DNA of 64,000 nt from NCBI GenBank assembly GCA_038496445.1, contig JALMLS010000015.1, positions 310,001-374,000 of the forward strand, given 5' to 3'. The translations under genes were made by a program, and so were the position numbers. Of the stretch, positions 50,665-63,279 are shown in pieces; position 1 is the stretch's first letter, and each line of letters begins with the position of its first letter. Origin of the DNA: Trichosphaerium sp. ATCC 40318 (lineage: Eukaryota > Protista > Tubulinea). The notes beneath the pieces were generated by a model. It was not told the DNA's origin, made no database searches, and was given only the letters and a program-made list of their open reading frames with translations.

Positions 50665-52133
50665 ATGTTCAAAGCTGAAATAGCATCCTTGAATGCTAAG
50701 CTTGAGTTTGAATGTAAGAGTATACTAGATATCGCTAAGAAAGAAGCGCAGCGTATAATAGACGACGCTAAAGACCGTGCTGTTGAAATCATAGCTGAAG
50801 CTCAAATTGAAGCCGAGAATCTTCGTGATACGATGAACGAAGCTCGTGTTGATATGTTAGAACAAGTACATGGCGCTAAAAGGGTAGATTCGGAACTACA
50901 AATCTCAATAATCGATACAGCGCTTAAAGACTTTGATTTCTATGGTACGTACTCTCAACGCATAGTAAACATGCGAGACAATAGATTCCAGGCGTTTATA
51001 CTGACTTTTGAACAGCCACAAATGCGATAACACCTCCACTTCTTAAATTACCTCCAGAACTTCAACAAAAGATTGCCGCTTACGATAAAGATGTTTTCAC
51101 AAAGTATCATAGACTTTCGAGAACAGCAGCTATAGTGACTCACTATGATTCTAAATTAAGACGCCATGGCACGTGGTTCAAGTGGTATAAAAAGAATGGT
51201 AAAATTTGTATCAAACAACATTTCGAGCATGGCTTGAGATCCGGCGTAGTATACCGATGGTACCCTAATGGGCAGTTGCATCATAAGTCAGAGGTTTCTA
51301 ATGATATCAGGGATGGTCTTTATGAATCTTGGTACGCTGATGGGGTAAAGCATATGGAGATTGAGTTCAAGAAAGGAAAAAGAAATGGTGTTACAAAACA
51401 GATTCACAAAAATGGAAAGTTGGCTTTACGTTACACTTCTGTGGATAATATCAAACAAGGAGAACTAAATAAGTGGTATGATAATGGGACAATGCATTGT
51501 AAGGGTTTTTATAAAAACGGTAACATTGAAGGAGCTTACGTTGAGTGGCATAAAAATGGCAGACTTCGACAACAATGTCATTATAAGCATGGTAAGAAGA
51601 ATGGATTACATACCGAGTGGTTCGATAATGGACAGGTTCAAGTTAATTGCAGTTATTTCAATGGTAAGAAAGAGAAGTTTTTCAAAGAGTATTATAAAAA
51701 CGGACAGATTGGTATCGAGAGTCATAAAAAAGATGATAAAACAGACGGAGAGTACAAGAAATGGTATAACTCTGGTCAACTAACAACTCACTGTCACTAT
51801 GTTAATGGTAAGAAGGAAGGTCCGTTCAAGCAATGGTATCAAAGCGGACAAATAAGCCAAGAGGGTGTTATGAAGGATGACCACTTTGAAGGGTTTACAA
51901 GGTTTTGGTATCCGAATGGAAGAGTTAAACTAGAAGCAGTACAGAAGGATAATAAGTTTGAAGGTACTAAGAAAATGTGGTATCATAATGGACAAATGAA
52001 AGAACATTTAAATTATATAAGTGGTAAACTACATGGAGAATGTAAGAAATGGAGTCAAGATGGAAAATTAATTGAGCATTTTATTGCAAGGTTTGGAAAA
52101 GAAACAAAAACCATTGTACAAAAAAAAACATAA
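50665..52133 (+). CDS. Coiled coil + F-box-like + MORN/YwqK-type repeat protein (one intron, 50945-51015)
   Basis: A GTACGT..AACAG intron joins the 50581 ORF in frame to LLKLPPELQQKIAAYD and the WY.NGQ repeats of ORF 51135-52133. Confidence 0.82.
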
Positions 52134-52237
52134 AATAGAATAAAGTGAGAAAGAATAAAACTCTGATCAAGTTTGCCATTAAAAAAACACAAATACATAA
52201 CCTCAAGACTTTGTAGAAATAAACGAGTGATTATTAT

Positions 52238-54118
52238 TTATAACCTTTGGTGGTCATGACAAGTATATTGTTCGATAATATGATTGTAAGTTATGCAGAT
52301 GATGTCTTTAAGTGTTTGGGTACAATCTTCACTGTCACGTCAATGTGTTTACCTTCAGTAGAAAATTGTTCTCCATAGTAGATTCCCAGTTCAAATGACT
52401 CTGATACAACATCACGCAATGGAGAGACTGCAAATGAGTGCTCATACACTTCCTTTAAGTGAAAGATCAGTAAGGATGATAAAGACTAAAGAAACTCATA
52501 CTTTGTCGTCATAGCTTATAGCAGTTACAGTAACATCATAGCATATGTTATAATTGCTGCTCGCACTAATTTTCCATCTAAGTGAACCTCCTATAGTCCA
52601 CCTACGGACAGAAACTGATTAGATAGAAAACACTTGGCTCTTTTGTCTTACCAATAAGCAGAAGAACTTTCTGCACTATCTCCATGAATCTCTACTGAAA
52701 ATATATCTAATATGGAGCCATAGGCATCAGTGTACTCATCACAGCAGCAATCCAGCCTAAAAGTAAATCAATCAAAGAAAAAGGAAAAGGAAAAGGACAA
52801 AGAACCAAACAATACCCAAATGTGCGCTCAAACTCAATACCAGACAAATCCATGTTTTGATCTTCCAACTGGAAGTTAATAAATTGTTGTCTTAACTCTT
52901 TGGCTTGGCCCAGTTGATCACAAGTGAATAGTCCTGTTTTTTCCAGATCATCAAAAGTGTTTGTTTCACTAACACTCTTCAACATTGAAGAAAAAAAGTC
53001 AACTACATGAGGATGTTTCTTCTTGAGTTTTTTGAAACATCTTTCACTGAAGTCGTGTTTTTGCACTATTATGGTCTTACTACTGAACTGTAATCCCTTA
53101 ATAATATTTTCTGTTGTTTCGTTTCCTTCCTTAATATCATACACTGCAAGTACCCAGTCCTTGGCATAATTAATTTTCTTCTTCAGCTTTGCATTGGTTG
53201 CTTTGAGAAAAAGTAATAGTGTTTCCTCAGTCACGTGTTTAGAGCCAATTTGAGTTGTATTTTTTACTTGAGACTTCCATAAGTCCTCAAAGTTTGTTAA
53301 ATCGCTCTTGAGATCAACTAGCATCTAGAACAGAACGCGTCAATACTAAGTTGTACTTCTAGCACTATAGAAATCGAAGAAATAAAAGCTGACAAGTTGT
53401 TCAACCATCACTAGTCACATGATAGTAATAAATCAGAAAAGACATTCTACTTTACCTGTAATTCGACACCACTACGCCCCCATTGAAATAAACCATGTAT
53501 CCAATGTGACACGGCCCAATTGAACTCAAAAAAGAAAATAATTGGATGATCGGTTTGTCCCACCTTATGAATTTCAAGTACTCATCATCGTAGTTCTCTT
53601 CGCAATGTGTATTTGCTACACCATAGAGAAAGCTCAAAAATACCTCAAAATGCTGTTTGCCCAGGTTATTGATGGCAGGCAAAGACACATTCATTCTTAA
53701 CAACTCAAGTTAGTTATACATCACGAAACATTGTGACAAAAATGCCATCTCACCTGTTGTTCCATGTGTCAACATTCCAAACTTCTAAAAAAAATGTGTT
53801 AACAGCATTGAAGGCAAGTACTACTTTCGGAAAATTGATTAAAGCCACAGTTCTGACTAAGAAAGCAATTTTTGAAGAAGTGTTGTACAAAAGCGCGGCT
53901 AAAACACGTGATTAGAGATGTTGTTGGGAAATGGAATTTACGTGAATTGCAACTTTTTTGTTTTTTTTGTTTTTTTTGTAAATCGCGTTACAAAATTGAA
54001 ATATGTGCACCAAAAACAGTTCAACAATAATTTCTTTGAAATATTTGTAAAAAACTGTTGGCACCAAAAAAAGTATTAAAACCAAAAAATTATCAGACCA
54101 GCAAACTTTTCTTACCAT
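52238..54118 (-). CDS. Multi-exon hypothetical protein (5' end uncertain)
   Basis: 205-aa and 83-aa ORFs flanked by plausible splice sites; no recognisable motif. Confidence 0.5.
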
Positions 54119-54332
54119 TTCTTTTTTTTTTGTCTTTTTTTTGACTATCTTTGGAGGCTGTTCAAATGAGCTACTGCTTATATTGCCCTTCAAGTCAAAG
54201 TATACATAGTCTTAGAGCGTCACATTCACTTGGTTACTTGTGACTACTTGCGTTGCCACATGAAGCCTCTTCCACCACTCCACCTAACAAAGTTTATACA
54301 TACATGGTGTAAACATACCGTTAAAAGAAAAA

Positions 54333-54406
54333 GGCGCAAGTTGCAAAGTAGGATACAGTGCTCACTCTCCATGCATGGGTTAGTGGTTCGACTCCTGCCA
54401 AGGCCA
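54333..54406 (+). other. tRNA-derived relic or SINE head
   Basis: Perfect B box GGTTCGACTCC at 54385-54395 and an A-box-like TTGCAAAGTAGG at tRNA-like spacing; the stems do not pair. Confidence 0.45.
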
Positions 54407-54501
54407 AGTGGAGGGCAACAGTATGGAATTAACAGTATTTTCAGAATTGAATCATTTTTCACATATCTGCGTTTTTACAGATTTATTTCAAATATGCAGG
54501 A

Positions 54502-54944
54502 TTAACAGTTTTTGATTTTACGTAATTCTTGATATTTTTCGTGTTTATCATTTAAAACGGAAATTACGTTTTCCAACAACATCTCTATTTCTTCGAAATA
54601 CAAAACGTTCTACGCAGTTTCGCGAAAAGTAGTGCAAATCCTATGAACGTAACTGGAGAACGCTGTTTGGAAGTAGCCTGTTCGCATGAGGACAAACTTA
54701 TGTAATTTGTATTCAACGCCTTCAACAACCTTTAATTGTTAAAAAAACTAGTTAGAAAACGTTGTACTAGTGTTAGATAGGTTTGTTTTACCAATGTAAA
54801 GTCTCCTTGGTCTCTGTTTTTGAAAAAACTCTGTAAAAATGCGTCATTATCCATGTCTAGAAGCTCACGAGATATTTGAGGTGTTGTAAGCGCCTTTTTG
54901 GCTGGTGGCGTAGACGTTGGTGCGTTTACTGCCTTTCTTTTCAT
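54502..54944 (-). CDS. Short or truncated BTB/POZ-domain gene
   Basis: Spliced GDFTL-VVEGVEYKLHKFVLMRTGYFQTAFS; NLS-like N-terminus; 3' end unclear. Confidence 0.5.
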
Positions 54945-55369
54945 GGCTAGCTTCAATCTGTGTTCTTTATAGGCAACACGTGTTTAGCCAGCGGTAAATA
55001 GCCGTCTGTCACAGTCAAATGACACAACTTTCGAAGAAACAGTTTAACCGCTTTTTTTTGGACGTCAATCTAATCGGGAATGCTGAAACAAGTCTAACAC
55101 CATACCCTTTACATAATGTAGCTTTTACTAGAAGGCCATTTAGGTAGTATACGCAATGGTAGCGGTTCTACTCTAGCTCTGCTTTAGGCCAATGCATACT
55201 TATTCCATAACTACTACATTACCTTACGTCAAGTGTGATCTAACGCTTGTAGTAGTGCATGGCACTACTGAATATCACTGATATTGTACATGGCCGCGAA
55301 GGTGACTTTTTAAAAAATCACATCCCGTACAAGATTATTTACAGCTTGGTTAACTGCGTTTGTTTATAA

Positions 55370-58036
55370 TTAAATTCTAAGCAAAATTGTATCTAGTCTT
55401 ACACGGATCATTGAGACAAGTTCTCTAATATTACCATCATCTGTATTGCTGACTTGTGATAAAAACTTTTCCATCTTCAGAAACAACATTAATGTGGAAT
55501 CATTGAAATACAATGGCATACCTCTGGAATAATTGACATCCACGATTCATGAAGTGGTTTCAAAGGTATCTTTGCCATAACTGACAAACAGAACAGAATA
55601 GCTGATTTATCAGACAGGTCAAAAAAAGCTTTAAAATCATTTACTTCAGCTGTAAGGTGTTCAAAATAAACTACAAAAACAAAGTTACATCTCTTTTACA
55701 ACACTAAAACATCAACTTCCGTACCTTGTGCATCATCAGCTTTTTTTATATCCAAAGCAACTCTGGTGAGTTGCGAACATACTTCAGTTGACAGGGGTAC
55801 TAAAAACAACAATAAATTTAATGCCTCGAGTTCAATAATGTTAATACCATTGCGTGACATTTTTGTAAACACCATACACAGAGACTGTACTTCAGTTTTT
55901 TTAGATGTATTCTTACGAAGAAAATCTAATAGCTGAGGCATGTATGGAGCAATATGGTGTGCAACTTAAAAAAGGTTAGAACTGTTGGTTTGATAAAGAA
56001 GAACTTACACTCTTTTTCACCTGCAATAATTGCCAAAGTGTTCATTGGATTGTAGTCTTCAACTGGCTCGTATTCCGCTGACCCCTCTTAATCATGTAAC
56101 TTAGATCTAGTAGTAATTGAATATGTTCATACCTGTAGTAACAGCTAAAGCTACAAGTGATTTGAACACTTCCAACCTCTATACGCTGTTAAAAACATAA
56201 ACATTTCGTTTTACTATACCTGAAATATTAACTCTCTCATTTTAGGCACAATACGCATATAGTTTGTCCAACACACGACCAAATGTCTATTTGCAGGAGT
56301 AGCATCTAAGATAATCTGATCTAGTACCTTGTCACAAAGTATTGAATCATGAACCCAAGATGCTATATTTGCCGCAGCGCATCTATCTGATGGCATTCTC
56401 AACACCCTATATATTCTTCTTTTTATGTCTTTTTGGCCTTTCAACGTAGACATCATATTTATAAGAAGTTTCCACACATTTTTCTTATTCATCAAAGCGC
56501 ATATAGTCACTGATGAACAGGTTAAAAAAAAATAAGAAAATAAAAAAAATACCTGAAGCTGAGGCTAGCGTGTGAAGGGCAGCATGAAGAAGCCATACTA
56601 GATTCTTGTGCTTAAGAATACATATTATATCATCAATTATATCATATGCTATACGCTTATGACGTATCATATCCTCATCAATATCACCATCCAGGCAATC
56701 CAAAACTCCACCCATAAATTTTATTGCTCTTTTCAAAAAAAAACGTGTTCTTAACTGCATATGTCTTTCACCAATTGTCTTTATATCACAAATAATTTTG
56801 TGTAAGTGTGCAATAACTTTAGATACAAAATCATCTCTACATCTTCCTGGATGTGCTATAGCTAGTGCATATTGATGCTTTATTCTTATACTATTAGGCT
56901 TTACTCTAGGCCTTCCTAACCATTTTTCTGAAAGGTCGTTGACGCAAAATTCATTGTATAGTTTACTGTCATCTGTACAAGCTAACGATTTGATTAGTAT
57001 ATGAGAAAGGTAAAGGGCATACTAGTAAAAGCGAATTAAATGTCAAATAAAAAAAAATGGACCAGAGTAACCTTTCACTCAAATCAAGGTGTTACAGCTC
57101 ATTGCAAAAAAACACAGACAACGTACTCCTACAAATAAGCAATTTTATCAACTGACAGCAATTGCCTGATGCTTCCGAATGCTTGCTTCTTCTAATAAGT
57201 ACGTGAAGGATTTTTGTTGCTAGAATACGACTTTTGAGATACCCTCGTACTCCTCTTGCAATCACGTAGTGAAACCGAGACAATTTATCCTATGCAAGTT
57301 TAGTTACCACATCGAAAATGTTTTAATCGGAAACAGCTGCTAATGAGCAACTCATCCCAACAAAACAAAAAATGGAAAAAAACAAGAAATATGAGTATCA
57401 AATTATACCGTTTTGTAGTCTCTAAAAACCATTGCTAGGACTCCAATTAGACCAACGCTTTCTTCAAAGATGCTATTAGAGTCCATGAACAGATAAACTT
57501 CTGGTAACCCTTGTGAACAGCGAAGACGGAACGATATAGCACTAAGCGTTATATTCGCGATCACCTTAGCATACTCTGTCAAAAGCGGTCGTTTGAAAGC
57601 AGTAAAGCGAAAGGACAAGTCATAAAAACTGTTACATTGTTTAATATCATCATTTTGAGCCAAAATTAGTTGAAATAGAGCTTTTTCGTCTTTATGACGC
57701 TGTTTATACATAATAAGCCAATCACTTGTAATGTCAGTTGACGCTTTTCATTAAACTTGTTATTTACCTTGCCAGAGCATCTGGAAACTGTGCTCGTAGT
57801 TCTAAAGGGTCCAAGAACCAATTTGCTGCATAAAAACGCCGAACAAACGGTAACGAAGCGCATATTGACGCTAGTCTAAGTGCGCTTCAGCTTAGAACAT
57901 TGAAACAAACTTACAAGTGGCAAGTACTTGACAGCATACAGAAATCTTCAATGGCGTCTACTTCAGAAACCACATGCACAATAAGTTCTGGAGGCAATGT
58001 CGAGAATATCTCATCATCTTTTGTACTGCTTTCCAT
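55370..58036 (-). CDS. F-box protein with a long, probably helical-repeat C-terminus (multi-exon)
   Basis: MESSTKDDEIFSTLPPELIVHVVSEVDAIEDFCMLSSTCH; leucine-rich downstream exons. Confidence 0.6.
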
Positions 58037-58125
58037 TGCGTGCTTCACAGTGGTGCAACAAAACAACTTTGGTAGTCAACCGATTTTTTTTTTCGAAATT
58101 AAAACGCAGGAGACCAGGGTTTTAT

Positions 58126-60001
58126 TTAAACGTATACAAGTTTAGGGTCAATTTTTAAGATACCATCAACCTAGAGTACGATAAGAACAAAATTGAAATT
58201 GAAATAACAAAAATGTCAGTTTTAACTTTACTAAACGTACAATATCGTCTACAAGGCCACAAGCATTAGAAATATGAGTATCCCATCTACTAATAGGACC
58301 AGAACCACCTTAAAAGTGTTTAGAAAGGATTCAAACGAAGAGGAAACTCAAAGAAAAAGAAATAAAGCAAAAAACTCTACAAACACGTACTCGATTCAAA
58401 ATGAATCAAAGAAGATAATTGATCAATAGAACCAACCAAACGCTCCTCGGAGATCATTCTCGAAGCAATTTTTTCTGCCTGCATATCATTGTAAGTGATA
58501 AAAACAATAAAAACAACAAAAAAAATAAAAATGAAATGTTTCGTACTTGTTTTGGTGAAATAGAAAGCAAGCGACCAAGCTCATCGAATTTAATGTTATT
58601 GTACACCTTACTAGAAGCGAGCAAGTTATGCTCAATTACAGCCTTTTGTAGGACAGTAGAACCATCAGCGAGTGTTGCTTTTTGATGATCTTTCAACATT
58701 TGTTCAAACTCTGATACCTCTGTCTCTCTCAATATACGGTCCATAAACCTACACTCAATAAACAACAACCCATCAAGGACGCATTAATGAAACATATATA
58801 AAACCGTACATCTTTTCCAAAAAGCCATAAATAACTAATTTTTCAGACCTTTCATCCTTGTATCTAAAAAACCAATAAATCAACTGCGTAGTGTGGTTGG
58901 AAAAACCCAACATACAATGTAGCGAGTAATCTAGATCTACGTGGACCAGCCTCTGCAAGAATAGCACAAATAACAGCACTTTCAAGAGCCTAAAAAAAAC
59001 GAAGCTTAACGGTTTACCTTCACAATAATAATAACAAATTAAATAAATACCTCTGAGCGATCAGTATCATTCAAGTCCATTTGGGAGAGCTCGTAGTATC
59101 TGAAAGAAGCTTCTGGGAATCTACGTTTGAAATCCTGAATAAGAGCAAATGCAGCCTACAACGGACAGGTAAGGGGCGAGGACGATGCGGGCAGTATGCG
59201 TAAGGATTAAAAAAAGTAACGTTAACGTTGTTTTTGAAGAAACCATGAATAAACAGCGGTTTGCGCTCGTTTTATCTTCAGTTGATGTAAATAAATGATT
59301 TTTGAGCGTCTTTGCAAAGACGCTTCCACTACAATGTAATTTTGGCTAGTTTTACCTTAAATTGCGTGAGTAGGCCTTGATCCTTTACTCTACTTTGTAG
59401 TGTTGACGCTTTGTTGATTTGTTGTTCAGCTTGGTAACTCATATCCTCTTCCAAGTACAGACGCGCAATGCGCACATAAATGCCGAATTTGTACTCTACT
59501 TTGAGAACGCTGAAGCACAGCAATTTAGATTTTTTCACTGATATTAATTTCAAGACTGTACCGTTGGCCGTCTAGTGGTATACCACTCAAAATAATAGCT
59601 GCCTCTTTAAAATCCTCTTCGTCCTCATAAACCTTGGCTAGTCGCTCACGAATGACTGAAACTTGTTCCTCAAACGCGACAATACGTTTGTCTAGTACGT
59701 CGAGGGAGTATGTAGCTAAATCTTTGTGTAGCTCAGCTGGTAAAGTAGAGATATCCTCTGAGTATTCACCAAGCACTTGTCTGGAGATCACCAACGGGGT
59801 GCTTTCATTTGCGACTAAGGGTATTTTAACATCATTAAATTAACTAAAGGGCATACGGTGATCAAGGAATACTTGCAAATCGTCTATAGCCTGCTTTTTC
59901 AGCAAATCCTTTTGCAACGCTTTAAATTTTTCGATTTTTGACTTTTGGTTCTTCTGAGAAGAGTTCTCAATGTCTTTAATCTTTCCCTCGATGCCAGACA
60001 T
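58126..60001 (-). CDS. COPS4: COP9 signalosome subunit 4
   Basis: LVISRQVL, VAFEEQVSVIRERLAKVYEDEEDF, LSGIPLD, HQKATLADGSTVLQKAVIEHNLLASSKVYNNIKFDELGRLL (PCI domain). Confidence 0.95.
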
Positions 60002-60393
60002 GTTTTCAGTTTACACAAGACCTTTTTTAAGTCAATTCAGTTAAGAATTTGGCTTTAAGTGTTAGAAAAGTAACGCACCATTCCCAAGCTAGCGTATTAC
60101 CACAGCACCTTTAACTCGTAACCGCCTATACAATAACAGATTTATTCCTTCGGAAGAGTTTTAACCCTTTTATCAATTCAACACAACCGCTCATAATGTT
60201 GAATAACTCAAGTAAATTACCTCTTGGGAGAATTAGCGACCACAGTGCCAACCAAACTTTAAACATTCGAGTATTAAACAGAGTGCGTCCTTTTTTCACG
60301 TATACTTTACAGTTTCGCTGTATTCTCGCGTAAAAAAACCCACCAATTGTTGGGCGTAAATAATCATACGTTACAACTGGCACTAGTTCTTTG

Positions 60394-62851
60394 ATGTTGC
60401 CGTTGGGTCCGCGTAATACTCCACCAACAAGTGAACTTTTCTCACAGTCTGTATTTTTTCTGGAGTAAACTTACAAACACTCTTGACAGGGTGGCACAGT
60501 TGCTGGCTACAAGATTAACAGAAATGATCAAGTTAGCAAGCTAATGAACGCTTTCAAGTCGTCTCAAAACATAGCCAAGGTGGCAGGAGAGATCCGCTTT
60601 CACTTTAACGGTAAAGTAATAAAGCCAACCGACACACCTCAGACAGTACGAATTCGTCGCTCATGTGTGCGTCCTGACATTTTAATCAGCTTGGCATGAA
60701 AGATTTCGATCCTATCAATGTTGAGTTCTCAAACAAGGTAAATAGAAAGGACTCTAGATGTCCAGAACATTATTTCTCCGCAAAGGGAAAAAAGCCACAA
60801 TCCTGTTTCCCCAATCTGTCATTTGACATATCATTTAGGCAGCTTCGTTTTCAAAGGCTGAGATTGTTCGCGAACTAATCCATGGTCGTGTCGGTACGTA
60901 TTTTGTATAATTTTCGAAAAACTTTTTTTCACGTCTGTAAAATCGGCCTTTAAACGTTAATTTGTGTACTAGACAAGTGGGCAGCGCTCATCGCATCAAA
61001 TGACGCCAAGTACACAGAAGCAGACGTAAACAAACATTATCACTTTGAAACACCAATTGAGCTCAATGGGGGAGATTTACAGGCTGTCGCGAAGGCTTTG
61101 GAAAAAAATACTCATGTAACAACCTTGTGCCTCCAATACCATAGTATCCGAGACGATGTCGGTACGTATTTTTTTCTTTGATCGTTTTCCTAAATATCTT
61201 GTTTCATTCGGATATTTTTTGGGGTAAATTTTTAGCCGCCGATTCACAAATTTACTGGCTCTATTTTACCCGCGAAACACGTTAATAACGTTGTATATAG
61301 GTGTTGCTGCTCTGGCTCGTGCTATTGGAAAGAGTAAAACTATCAAAGTCTTGAAGTTGGCTGGCAATAAGTTTACAAAGGCTGGTATGGATAAACTTGC
61401 GGCTGCTATCGCACAGAACCGTGTTATAGAAGAATTACACATAGGTAAGTGAGATATTTTTTTGTTGTTGTGCGTTTTTCTATTTTTCTCACAATGTTGC
61501 TTTCTTAAGGTGATTGGGAAGAGTATGCTCCAAAGTATTTTAAAATGATCACAAGTATTGTTCGACACTCGTCAATCATTCGTGTGAAATTGAACATCTT
61601 CTTCTCGGAGTTGTTTGAAGGAAGGCACGTTAGCGTTATGCGGTTAACTGGCGTTTTATCTAACAGTGCAAAAATAGCGGTGGCGCTAAATATGCCAAGA
61701 AAGCACGTAATGCGTTGTACCGTCTTACTGGCCAAGAATCTCATTTGAAAGAGCTATATCTCGAGAGCTCCGGTATTACTGATAACGAAGCCGAGCAACT
61801 TGCTAAAGGTACCCAACTTTTTTTAGGTTTGCCCGATCGTTTTCTGACTTTATTATTCAGGTCTTGAAGAGAATAATACTATAGAATTACTCAATTTGGA
61901 GGACAATAATATCGGGTCTCAAGGTGGCATTTACTTGGCTGCTGGTATTTCAAAGAATGAAACTTTGGTAGAGTTAAACCTCAAAATGAGTAAGATTGGC
62001 GATCCTGGCGCTACTGCTTTTCTTAATGCTTTCAAATCGAACTCTAGTTTGAAGAAACTTAACCTTGGTACGTAGAAAAGCCGTAGAGAACCACTATTTT
62101 CGTTATTTGCCTTCTTTTAACTTTTTGTGCGCTACGTAAAAAGTCTCCGTTTACGCGCTGTGTATTTTCTAACGAATACTGTTTAGGTTGGAATAAGATC
62201 ACACCAGAGATACTAGCAAAGCTCAGACATGTTCTGCGTCCAAACGCTATCAAAAAACGTGCTCTCGCTAAACAACGCGCACAACGTTTAGTAGAAGAGC
62301 TTCCTACAAAAGTAACCAAACTTAAACACAATACAAGCGCTTCTTCAAATTTTGTAGACCAGCAAAAATTCCACGTCCAACAGCTCTTACCTGCTTTTAA
62401 CGTACCTATTCCAACAGAAGAACTTATGATTACCGAACAGCAACAGTATCCATCAGCGCCAATTTTGAATTTCCCTTTCCTCGACACAACAGAGGAATTT
62501 AGGCCTTTTTACGATATGTCAGCAACAGACTTCTCTGGAAACGCAATAAACTCTTCTCTTGGATTTGATATGCTACAAACACCTCAAATATCACAGCAAC
62601 AGCAGCCTCAACAGATTTCACAGCTACAACAGCGAATACCGCAGCAAAATCAACAACAAATGATTTCAACACCACAACCAGATCCTGAAGTACAAACAAC
62701 ACGTTGCACAGGTTGTAATACGCTTTTAAAGTTTTCGACGGTCGCTCATGCTCATATTATGTGCCCAATGTGCGGTACTGTAATGAGTACAACTGAACTT
62801 AGTCAAATGGAGGCTTTACCTGTTTCTGCAGTAATTTTAAGCGAACTGTAA
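60394..62851 (+). CDS. SUMO-like domain + RNI-type LRRs + Q-rich linker + LSD1-type zinc finger (start uncertain)
   Basis: YKINRNDQVSKLMNAF..IRFHFNGKVIKPTDTPQT-LGMKDFDPINV; LEENNTIELLNLEDNNIGSQG; CTGCNTLLKF..AHIMCPMC. Confidence 0.75.
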
Positions 62852-63279
62852 AAAAGAAAAAAAACCGAAAAGAAAAAAAAAGAAAACCCTAATAAAATTG
62901 TAATTATCTCCCCCCATTTCGGCAGTGCTTACCTCTTACAGTATCTATTAGTGAGATCTTATTTATTGTCAGTATTAGACACAGTGTGGAGCATATGGCA
63001 ACGCCTCAGGCTGACAGTTACGGACGCTTTTTTTTTTTTTTCAAATGTTAAGAATTGCAGTTCTTTGCGTATAGCGACATCTCAATCAATTAAAAAATTC
63101 CCTTTTGATGATTATTCATACACCATCAATATAACCCCAATTATATATCTATCCAGTGTAATAGTTGATTAACGCGTTAGCAACAAAAGGAGTAAAATTA
63201 AGTTTTTTATTTATTTTTTTGATTTGACCTTTTTTTTTGTTTTGTTTTTGTCGTTTGACACAGAAACGCTCTTTTCTAT

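Noticed and set aside
25797-52133. Intact endogenous giant virus or Polinton
   Set aside because: No capsid, polymerase, packaging ATPase or integrase is seen; the virus-like genes are interspersed with intron-rich host genes.
54333-54406. Functional tRNA gene
   Set aside because: The acceptor and T stems do not pair; retained only as a relic.
55251-55269. 8-bp hairpin AGTAGTGC-atg-GCACTACT
   Set aside because: Isolated short palindrome with no supporting context.
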